Shown here one piece after another: positions 45,145 through 57,100 of a DNA stretch of 60,952 nt. The notes beneath the pieces are model-generated. The model did no database searches and was not told the DNA's origin. It saw nothing but the letters and a program-made list of their open reading frames with translations. The DNA is from Eubacteriales bacterium (GTDB lineage Bacteria; Bacillota; Clostridia; Oscillospirales; CAG-272): positions 1 through 60,952 of the forward strand of contig JAZNZB010000040.1 of the NCBI GenBank assembly GCA_045594705.1, written 5' to 3'. A program made the translations under genes and the position numbers. The first letter of the stretch is position 1. Each line of letters starts with the position of its first letter.

Positions 45145-48100
45145 TCAGAAGATCTTCTTTTTCCCAAACACAATAGCCACTGACAGCATAGCCATCATGA
45201 TCAGTACCGCCACGGAACGCTCTGCAGCCTTGCATCCGGTCTGTTGCTCGGGCTCGGTCTGCTCGGGGGTGTTCTGCTCCGGAGTGGTTTGCTCGGGAAC
45301 GGTCACCTCTTCGGGAGCGGTCGTATCCTCGGGAGTAACGGACTCTTCGGGAGTAGTCACCTCTTCGGGAGTGGTCACTTCTTCAGGGGTAGTCACCTCT
45401 TCGGAGGTGGTCACCTCTTCGGGGGTAGTCACCTCTTCGGGAGTAGTCACCTCTTCGGGGGTGGAAGTCTCTTCTCCGGTCGCGGGGATGATCTCTGTGA
45501 TCTTTTCGCCGCAAACTGAGCAAGTCTTTTCGCGGCAGCCATCCTCTGTTGCGGTAGGCTGCTTAGTGGTAACCCAATCACCAAAGCTGTGTCCAAGTGC
45601 CGCGATCTCGGTCTGAGCGATCAGAACCTCGCCGCAAACCTCGCAATGCTTGCCCTCGGTCTTGCCCTTTTCGGTGCAAGTGGGTGCTACCGCTGCGTCG
45701 ATGACCTCGGTGTGACCCGTTGCCTCGATCTCCTGGGTGTAGCTGTGTCCGCAGACCGTGCAGGTAAAGGTCTTGACACCCTTTTCGGTGCAGGTGGGCT
45801 CGGTGGTAATGACACCCTCTCCGTAGCTGTGGCCAAGTGCGGGAATGACTGTCTGTACAGTCAGCATCTCGTTACAAGCCTCACACTTAACGCCCTCGGT
45901 CAAGCCGGTGGTCGTGCAGGTTGCCGCATATCCGGGAACGGTTACAGTCTCGGCATGCTCACAGGTCGCATCCTGCTCTTGTCCGCATACGTCACAGACT
46001 GCGTCGTCACCGTAGCTGTGTCCGGGTGCGGGGATTTCGGTCTGAGCGATCAGAACCTCACCGCAAACCTCGCAATGCTTGCCCTCGGTCTTGCCCTTTT
46101 CGGTGCAAGTGGGTGCTACTGCCTCGTCGATGACCTCGGTGTGTCCGAGTGCTTCGATCTCCTGGGTGTAGCTGTGTCCGCAGACTGTGCAGGTAAAGGT
46201 CTTGACACCCTTTTCGGTGCAAGTGGGCTCGGTAGTCACCACGCCCTCTCCGTAGCTGTGGCCAAGTGCTGCGATCTCGGTCTGAGCGATCAGAACCTCA
46301 CCGCAAACCTCGCAATGCTTGCCCTCGGTCTTGCCCTTCTCGGTGCATGTGGGTGCTACTGCCTCGTCGATGACCTCGGTGTGACCAAGAGCCTCGATCG
46401 CCTCGGTGTAAGTCTTCCCGCAGCTCTCGCAAGTATAAGTCTTAACGCCTTCCTCGGTGCAGGTGGGTTCAGTGGTAATAACACCATCGTTGTAGCTGTG
46501 GCCAAGTGCGGGAATGACTGTCTGTACAGTCAGCATCTCGTTACAAGCCTCACACTTGACGCCCTCGGTCAAGCCGGTGGTCGTACAGGTTGCCGCATAT
46601 CCGGGAACGGTTACGGTCTCGGCATGCTCACAGGCAGTGTCCTGCTCTTGTCCGCATACGTCACAGACTGCGTCGTCACCGTAGCTGTGGCCAAGTGCGG
46701 GGATATCAGTCTGCGCAACCAAAACCTCGCCGCAAACCTCGCAATGCTTGCCCTCGGTCTTGCCCTTTTCGGTGCAAGTGGGTGCTACTGCCTCATCGAT
46801 AACCTCGGTGTGACCGAGTGCGTCGGTCTCGTCATCAACGTAACTATCATCGCAAACTGTGCATGTGTAGGTGGTATATCCGCCTTCAGTGCAAGTGGGT
46901 GCGGTCACGACTGCTTCGTAGCTGTGGCCGAGTGCCTCGATCGCCTCGGTGTAACTGTGTCCGCAAACCGCACAGGTAAAGGTCTTGACGCCCTTTTCGG
47001 TGCAGGTGGGTTCGGTGGTAATGACACCATCGTTGTAGCTGTGTCCAAGTGCGTCCACCTCGTCGTCTACGTAGCTGTCACCGCAAACGGTGCAGGTATA
47101 GGTCGTGTAGCCATTCTCGGTACAGGTAGGCTCGGTGATCACGCTCTCGTAATCGTGTCCGAGCGGATCTGTGTAGTCATCATCGTAGGATTCTCCGCAA
47201 ACGCTGCAGGTGTAGGTCGTATAGCCATTCTCGGTACAGGTAGGCTCGGTGATCACACTCTCGTAGTCGTGTCCGAGTGCAGCTATGTCCTCCTCGTAAG
47301 AATCACCGCAAACAGGGCAGGTACAGGACCAATGGCCGTCTTCGGTACAGGTAGGCTCGGTGGTGACCACACTTTCGTAGTCGTGTCCGTTGGCAGGAAT
47401 TTCCTCTTGCGCGATCAGTATCTCCCGGCAAAGCTCGCAGTAGCTGCCCTCGGTCAAGCCGGACTCGGTGCAGGTTGCATCCTCGCCCTCCAATATCACA
47501 GGTACGTGCGTGACGTGCTCAAACACGGTCAGCGTGCCATGTACGTATGCGTCAATGACGTAGTTGTCGCTTGCAGAGCCGCCCCAGATAACGATCTCAA
47601 ATTCGCCGAGATCTCCCTCATTCCAGGAAACACTGAGGAGAGGAGCTTCCACCAGCTCATCGCCCTCTACAAGTCCCTCTGCGCGCCAGGTCAGCGTGGG
47701 AATCGTTGCATACTGCTCCACCGTCTGATCCTCTGCGATCAGCGTCAGGCTCTTGGGCGCAATCATCGTCATGACCTCTATGGCAGCAACGTCGTAATAA
47801 TTCTCGTCGCCCAGGACGCGATAGTAAACGGAATAATCACCTGCATTCGTAGCCGTGGGAGACGTGGTGCTCCACTCGCCGTCCTCACCAAGACGGTACT
47901 GCAGGGTACCGCCTGTGGCAACGGCCTCGAACAGCACGTATGCCTGACCGTTGTAGATCATCTCCGCGCTCCCCGCGAATACAAGCGAGGGCATCGCCCT
48001 TCCAATGGACGCGGGCAACATTTCAGGGTCTGTGTCACTGTGGTTCTTGTCGCCCTTGAGGCGGTAGTACACGGTATACGAGCCTGCATTTGTGGCCATG

Positions 48101-51100
48101 GGAATCTCGTTGCTCCAGTTCTCGCCGTCAAGGCTATATTCCATTGTGCCATGCTCGGAAGACCCCGCGCTAACCAGCGCCTGTTCGCTTCCGTTATAAA
48201 TCGGGTTAAGGGGATCCGGAGAAGTCAGCGACGGACGTTCCTTTGCGATCGCAGCCTCAAACGAGCCGCCCGCGTCGTCAAGGTAATTCTCATTACCCAC
48301 AACGCGATAGTATACGGTATACGTGCCGGCATCGGTTGCATAAAGCGCGTCGGTTGTCCATTCGCCGTCCTCACCCAAGCGATACTGCAGGGTACCGCCC
48401 GTGGTGTGGCCGTATGTACCGATCAAGCTCGAGGGAGCTCCGATATAGATCAACCCGGGAGTTGCTGTGGGAGGGGTCACCTCGGGAGCTGCCTTTGCGA
48501 TCCGGACCGTAACGCTCTGCGCTGCTACGTCCTTCACGTTTGCGTCACCTATGACGCGGTAGTATACGGTATACGTGCCTGCATCCCTGACACCCGGAAG
48601 AGTGGGTGACCAGTTCTCGCCATCCAAGCTATACTCAACCGTACCGAAATCGGTAACGGCCTCGCTGACCGGCTCCTGCACCTCACCGCTGTAGACAAGA
48701 CCCTCATTCGGCTGGGGCGCTTGCACGTTCGGAATCGCCTTCATGACTGTGACGAGCAGAGGATATTCGTCAGAGCCCAAGTGATTTTGGTCACCGACCA
48801 GCTTATACCAGATCCAGTACTCGCCTGCCTCGGTCAGCATGGGAACCTCCTCGGTCCACTCGCCGTCCTCGCCCAAGCGATACAGAACGGTACCGTGCTC
48901 GGAATATCCGGCCTCGCCAAACGCCTGTGCCTCACCGTTATAATACAGAAGATCGTTCTTGACAGGCTCGGTCCACTCTGCCGGTGCCTTTGCAATGGTA
49001 AAGTATTCGTTCACGCCGTCAGAGTAATTGCCGATAAAGGTAATTATGATCATTGCCTCGTTTAATTCGCTTGCGTTTATGTTGCCCGAATACTCCACGG
49101 TATAATCCACGCCAAGCGTCAGCGTCAAATCGCCGTCCATAACGGTTACGGCGGGCTCAATGGCGTTGCCCGTGTAGACGTATTCGGATTTGGCATCCTC
49201 CTTGCCCTCCCAATGAATTGTGACGTTGGAAAGATCCAGAGGCTTGGGCGTGATGGTCACGCTCAACTCGGCCTTGACGCCATCCATTTCAAGGAATGCG
49301 ACAAACGTGCCTGCATTTGTGCGATCGCCCACGTATGCGATCTCGGGAGCTTCGGGCAGGTTCTGATACGTGCCCTCGTATATGATCACGGTATTCAAGG
49401 TCACAGCCTTTTCGGTGTAATCAAACGTCAGCTCCTCGGGAGCGACCAGCGTATAAATGATCTTGTGATCCTCGTTGTGCGCGCAGGTTGCACTCAGAAC
49501 GCCGCCCTCTGCACTATAGACCCACGTGTGCTTGACCAGCTGCGTGGGAGCAAGTGCATCGGGATCGTTGGAATAAGACTTGATCATGGCCACGCAGGTT
49601 GCAAAGCCGCCATAGACCTTGTTATCCTCGGTTGCAAATACGGGATACGCGTCCGTGCCGATCTTCTGGCCAAACGCTTCGCCCAAGAGGTACGCCACCT
49701 CACCGCTATTAAACTGCGCCCAGGTCTTGGCGGTGGTGCCGTCAAACGCGTCGGTTTCAGTGTCCGAGAGGTAGTAACAGTTCTCTACGTTTCCATAGTT
49801 GTTGCCAACCACACCGCCGACGTCACCGGTACCGTAGACCGTGCCAACGTTATAGCAGTTCTCTGCAAGGCCGCGATGATGAGCAACCACTCCGCCAACG
49901 CAAGCGACGGCATTGAAATAAGAATCAATCACGCCTACGTTCCTGATAATTGCACCGCTTTCAATCTGCCCGAACAGACCGACGTAGTTCTGCAGGGGAT
50001 TGTTGAAATACAAGCCGCTGAGTGTGTGTCCTTGGCCGTCAAACGTGCCTTCATAGTAAACGTTCTCGTACGATTCATCGCCGTCACGGTCATAGAAATA
50101 ACCGATCGGGAACCACTCTCTGTAGGTGCCCTCGTTCAGGCTGCCGTCGGATGCAAGCACGTTCTCGTTGACCACGATATCCCGGGTCAGAACGGCATTT
50201 TCGCCTTCGTTACCCGCATTGATGTATTCCATGAACCAATACAGCATGCCTGCATTGGAGATTTCGTAATAACCCTTTTCTTGGTTGTAAACTGCAGGCT
50301 CGTATGCGTCGCAAGCCTCGCAGAAGCCGTTCGACTGCTCGCCAAATACGTGCAATTCTTCAATGGTGGCATAAAGCTCGACGTTTGCATAAGTCATTTC
50401 GGTATCGGTGCAAGCCTTGTAGCCCTTGTATACGGTATTCTCACCGTTTGCAAATACGGGATAGGTGTCCGTGCCGATGGTCTGGCCAAAGCCCTCGCCC
50501 AAGAGGAACGCCACCTCACCCGAGGCAAACTGCGCTGCGGTCTTGGAAATGCCCTCACCCGCTGCACCGCAGGTGTCAAGATAGTAGCAGTTCTTTACGG
50601 TACCGCTACCGCTGTTAAGGCCAACCACGCCGCCGACGCCACCGGTACCGTAGACCGTGCCAACGTTATAGCAGTTCTGCACAATGCCGCCATTGTTGCT
50701 GCCAACCACACCGCCGACATTATCGCCATCGACAACCTTACCGGTATTATAGCAATTCTCCACGATGGCACCGCTCGTGTTGTTGTAGCCAACCACGCCG
50801 CCGACGCCTCTGGCACCGAGGACTTTTCCGGTATTGTAGCAGTTCTGCACAATGCCGCCATTGTTGTAGCCAACCACACTGCCAACTTTTTCATTTGACC
50901 AGAAGAAGGAATCGATCACGCCGACGTTCTTGACGGTTGCTCTATTTATCTGCCCGAACAAACCGACGCGTTCCTGTGTTTCGCTGTAGAAATACAAGCC
51001 GCTGACCGTGTGCCCTTGGCCGTCAAACGTGCCCCTATAGTAAACGTCCTGCTCTCCGATCGGGAACCAGGCTCTGAAGGCGAACGAGGTCGGGTTGTCG

Positions 51101-54100
51101 TCAGCCCCGAGCACGTTCTCGTTGACCACGATATCCGCGGTCAGAACTGCATTGGCAGAAGTATTCCCTGCATTGACGTATTCCATGAACCAATACAGCA
51201 TACCTGCATTGGAAATTTCGTAAACTTCGTCATACACCTCGTCACCGTCAAGGTCGTACTTATCGGTGGTCAGGGTTGCGCTCTCATAGCCGTCGCAGCC
51301 AAGGCAGAAGCCGTTTGCATACACGTGCTCGGGAGTGGGCTCGGTGATCTCGGTATTGGAATAGGCGGTCTGCTCGCCTGCCCGGCAGGAAGCATCCCAC
51401 ACGTAAACCTTTGCGCCGCCAAGCACGGGATTCCGATTGAAATTCAGCGTCTGACCCCAGATCTGCTCAGTCTGCTCACCCTGCAACAGGTACGCCACCT
51501 CGCCCGAGGCAAACTGTGCTGCGGTCACGGAAGTTCCCTCGCCCGCTGCACCGCAGGTGTCAAGATAGTAGCAGTTCTTTACGGTACCGCTGTTAAGGCC
51601 AACCACGCCGCCGACATCACTGTTGCCGTTGACCATGCCAACGTTATAGCAATTCTCTACGGTGCCGCTGATATCCATACTATCAACCACGCCGCTCCTA
51701 TTATGACCAACCACACCGCCGATGCCGGAACCGCTCCCGACATTGCCCACGTTGTAGCAATTCTGCACAGTACCCCAGTTTTCGCCAACCACGCCGCCGG
51801 TAAAGGAATAACCGAAAACGACTCCGGCATTATAGCAGTTCTCTACCGTGCCGAAATTGACTCCAACCACGCCACCGACACTCCCGCTTGCATCCAAGTA
51901 AGAATCGATCACGCCTACGTTCTTGACAGTTGCATTTGCATCGATCTTTCCGAACAAGCCGACACCGTCCTGAACATCATTGTACAAATACAAGCCGCTG
52001 ATCGTATGTCCTTGGCCGTCAAACGTGCCCTCGTAGGAAACGTCCTCCTCCCGGTCAACGCCGTCACGGTCATAGAAATAACCGATCGGGAACCACTCTC
52101 TGAAGCGGCTGACGTCGGGCGATGGATTAGCCATTTCCTCAAGCACACCCTCGTTGACCACGATATCCGCAGTCAGGACAGCGGAAAAATCGATCTCGCC
52201 GCCGTTGACGAATTCCATGAACCAATACAGCTGACCTGCATTGGAAATTTCGTAATAGCGCTTTTCCTCGTTATAAACCGGGATCTCGTATGCATCGCAC
52301 TCGGTGCAGAAGCCGTTTTGGTAGTCGTGCGCCAATTCGCTCGGAAGCGGAACGTTTGCACAGCTCATCTCGGCATCCCCGCAAGATGCATAGCCGCGGT
52401 AAACGGTATTTTCACCGTTTGCAAATACGGGATAGGCGTCCGTGCCGATGGTCTGGCCGAACGCGCCACCCAGCATGTATGCTACCTCTCCCGAGGCAAA
52501 CTGTGCCGCGGTCATGGCAAACGTGTCGACGATCTCGTCGGTTTCGGTGTTGCTGTCTGCAAGATAATAGCATTCCTTCACGGTACCATCGTTGTAGCCA
52601 ACCACAACGCCGACATTAGAGTTGCCGCTGACAGCGCCGGTGTTGTGGCAGTTCTCTACGGTGCCGTCGCTGCTGCCAACCACACCGCCGACATAGGAGT
52701 CGCCGTTGACCGTGCCGGTATTGTAGCAATTCTGCATGATGTCAGAATTGCAACCGATGACACCGCCAACGCAGGAGTTGCCGGTGACAGTGCCGGTGTT
52801 GTAGCAGTTCTGCACGGTGCCTGCGTTAGAGCCAACCACACCGCCAACATAAATGTTACCGCTGACCGTACCTGTGTTGTAGCAGTTCTCTACGGTGTCT
52901 GAGTTAGAGCCAACCACACCGCCAACATACCACCCCCCGCTGACAGTACCCGTGTTGTAGCAGTTCTGCACGGTGCCTGCGTTAGAGCCAACCACACCGG
53001 AAACGTAATCATAGCCATAGAAATAAGAATCGATCACGCCTACTTTCTTGACAGTTGCATTTGCATCGATCTTTCCAAACAAGCCGACGTAGCTTTGATG
53101 CGCGTTATTGAAATACAGACCGCTGACCGTATGTCCGTTGCCGTCAAACGTACCGCGGTAGTAAACGTCCTCATCCTCGCCGTCGCCGTCACGGTCATAG
53201 ATATAACCGATCGGGAACCATGCTCTGAAGGTGCTGACGTCGGGCGACGGATTAGCCATTTCCTCAAGCACGCCCTCGTTGACCACGATATCCTCGGTCA
53301 GGACTGCATTGGCAGAAGTATTCCCTGCATTGACGTACTCTGCAAACCAGTAAAGCTGGCCTGCATTGCCGATCTGATATACGCCGTCCACAAGATCTGC
53401 GGGCTGGAATGCATCGCACTCGGTGCAGAAGCCGTTTTGGTACAAGATGTGCGAGAATACGTCATCCTCCTCTGTATTGGAGTATTCGTAAATATAAGTT
53501 TCCTCGGTACAGCCGCCCGTAATATTGCGATACACGATGTTATCCTCGGTTGCAAATACGGGAAGCGCGTCACCGTCCTCGCCAAGCGTCTGGCCAAAGC
53601 CCTCGCCCAGCAGGTACGCCACCTCACCCGAGGCAAACTGTGCTTTGGTTTTTTCTACTGCGCCCGTGGTGGAAGTATATGCCGCATTGGTTACAATTTC
53701 GCCATAATAGCAATTTTTAACGTTACTCGTACTACCATTGGAAGCACGAATCCCTCCTACAGGGTGCATCACGAAGCTTGTTTCACCTTCGCCCACGATC
53801 AGCTCGCAATCGTATGCCCAACAATTGTCAATGACAGAATTGCCGTTGTTGCCTCCCACGGAAGAAATGGTGACCGCCCCTGTGTTGGTATCAGACGCTC
53901 CGGTGATCGTACAGCCTATGGCGTAGCAGTTGGTCAGATTAGCACAGTATCCTGCCACTGCGCCCGCGTTCCAGCCGCTGACTGTAGCATTGATAACACC
54001 CAAATTCTTGATTTGTGTTTGGGATTCATTGCAATATCCAAACAGACCCTGAGAGCCGTTACCGATCGCGGTGAAATTGGAAACGGTATGATTGTTTCCG

Positions 54101-57100
54101 TCAAAAATGCCTGCATATTGTTTTTGAACAGGTGAGCCGTTTGCCTCGGCAATATCATTGTAAAGACCGATGGGATACCATACTCTGTTTTCCAGATCAA
54201 TATGATCCATCAAAATTGCGTTTGCGTCGGTCACTCCATCAATATTAACGAGTCGCGCAAACCAATAAAGCTGACCTGCATTGAAGATTTCATAATAGCC
54301 CTTTTCATTCAACACTGCCGGTTGATATGCTCCGCAGATGCAGAAGCCGTTGAAAGCGAAATCATGCTCGCCGCCCTTGGCACTCTCGTTGTTGGAATAG
54401 AGCGGCTGCAAATTCGGGCAACCTGCTTCGATCAGGTAGACCTTGTCGCCGCCAAGCGTGGGGCTTTGATCCTTGCCCACGGTCTGACCCCAGAAATGCT
54501 CGGGCTGCTCGCCCTGCAAGAAGTACGCCACCTCGCCCGAGGCAAACTGTGCCGCGGTCTTGGCAAACGTGCCGTTGATCTCGTCGGTTTCAGTGTCCGA
54601 GAGGTAGTAGCAGTTCTGCACGTTGGCAGTTTCGAAAAGGTAGCCAATCACGTTTCCAATATCGGTAGCAGTGCCGCTGACGCTGCCCGTGTTGTAGCAG
54701 CTCAAAAGCGTTCCTCTGTGATAACCAGCCACACCGCCGATGTTTCTTGCGCCGTCGCCCGTGGCGGTCACGTCCCCTATATTGTAGCTGTGCTCCACGC
54801 CGCCTTCATTCACGCCCACTACGCCGCCAACATCTTGGTTGCCACTGACACTGCAGGTGTTGTAGCAATGCTGCACAGTGCCGTCATTATGGCCAACCAC
54901 GCCGCCGACATATTGGATACCGTTGACCACACCCACGTTGCAGCAATTCTCAACAGTGCCGTCATTATGGCCAACCACCCCGCCGACGATGTCTTTTGCA
55001 TGGATGTAAGAATCGATCATGCCTACGTTCTTGACAGTTGCATCCGCGCCGGTTTGGCCAAACAAGCCAACGTTGGATGCCGTGGCGTCACTATAATACA
55101 AGCCGCTGACGGTGTGTCCCTGTCCGTCAAACGTGCCGTTATACGGATGGTCGTAACTGCCGATGGGCGTCCATACTCTGAAGTCGCCGACGTTGGGAGA
55201 ATCCTTTGCCATCTCTGCAAGCACATCCTCGTTGATCACGATATCTGCAATCAGAACGGCGTTGTCATTGTTATACTCTTGATATATCGGGTCGCCCATC
55301 GCCTGTGCAAACCAGTAAAGCTGACCTGCATTGGAAATTTCGAAAGCCTTGTCCTTGACGCCGTCACCGTCAAGATCGTACTTGTCGGGGGTCAGGGGTG
55401 CTTCTTGATAACGGCCGCAGGAGCAGAAGCCGTTTGCATCGTTGCCCTCAACCTCAAAGTCGCACACCAAGGGCAGCTTGACGTTGGAATAGACAGACTC
55501 GGAGCAGGTACCGCTGCGATATACGACCAGGCCGTCAAAGCCGGGAAGCGTATCCTCGCCGTAGGTCTGTCGCCAGATCGCGTTTTGGGAATTTACGTAG
55601 TTGGTACCGCCGTTGAGCAGCCACGTCACCTCACCCGAGGCAAACTGTGCTGCGGTCATAGCAGTCGTGCCGTCGATCTCGTCGGTTTCGGTATCCGAGA
55701 GATAGTAGCAGTTCTCTACGGTGCCCCCCCTGTCGTAGCCAACCACGCCGCCGACATCAGAGTTGCCGCTGACAGAGCCGGTGTTGAAGCAGTTCGCTAC
55801 GCTGCCATAATGGAAGCCGGTCACACCGCCGACGTAACTTGTGCCGCTGACAGAGCCCTCATTGTAGCAGTTCTCTACGGTGCCTTCGTTGTAGCCAACC
55901 ACACCGCCGACGTAACTTTTGTCGCCGACAGAGCCCTCATTGTAGCAGTTCAGTATGGTGCCTGCGTTGCTGCCAACCACACCGCCGACGTAACCTGTGC
56001 CGCTGACAGAGCCCTCATTGTAGCAGTTCTCTACTACGTTGTTGTCATAATTGTAGCCAACCACACCGCCGACGTAACTTTTGCCGCCGACAGAGCCCTC
56101 ATTGTAGCAGTTCTGCACGGAGGCCATGTTGTAGCCAACCACGCCACCAACGTAATTGCCTGCTTGGAAGTAAGCGTCGATCACACCTACGTTCCTGATG
56201 ATTGCACCGTTCCTGGTCCGTCCGAACAGACCAACGTAGCTCTGCTCTGTGTTATTGAAATACAGACCGCTGACCGTGTGTCCTTGGCCGTCAAACGTGC
56301 CTTCATAGTAAACGATCTCGTACTCTCCGTCCCCATTACGGTCATAACCATAACCGATCGGGAACCAGGCTCTGAAGCCGCTGACGTCGGGCGTTTCCTT
56401 GGACATTTCTGCAAGCACGCCCTCGTTGACCACAATATCCGCGGTCAGAACAGCGTTTGCTTCATAGGAATAAACGTCATCCGAAATATTGTAGATAGTA
56501 TCCGTTCCCGCAATCTGCGTGCCTGCATTGACGTATTCCATGAACCAATACAGCATGCCTGCATTGGAGATTTCGTAATAGTTCTTTTGCTCGTTATATA
56601 CCGCGGACTCGTAGCCGTTGCCGCAATCCGAGCAGAAGCCGTTTTCGTCGAACGCAGCATGCGTATAATTGGGCTCATTTTCGGTATTGGAATATTCGTA
56701 TGTAAACGTGCTTTCGGTGCAGCCGCCGACAATATTGCGGAACACCTTGTTATTCTCGGTCACCAATACGGGAGATTGGTCACCACTCTCGCCAAGCGTC
56801 TGACCAAACGCAGCGCCCAGGAGGTATGCAACCTCGCCCGATGCAAATTCTGCAGCGGTCTTGGCAGTCGTGCCGTCGATCTCGTCGGTTTCGCTGTCAG
56901 AGAGGTAGTAGCAGCTTTCTACTACGCCGTTGCTCTCGTCCCCGATAATTCCAACCACACCGCCGACAGAGTCCTCTCCGCTGACCGTACCGGTGTTGTA
57001 GCTGCTCTGCACGGTGTCGGCATGGCTGTAGCCCTCCACACCGCCGACATAGTAAGTGCCGCTGACCGTACCGGTGTTGTAGCTGTCCCGCACGGTGCCG

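Noticed and set aside
45590-47500. Repeat pairs as possible DGR template and variable regions
   Set aside because: Differences are mostly synonymous and not adenine-specific; no reverse transcriptase in the window
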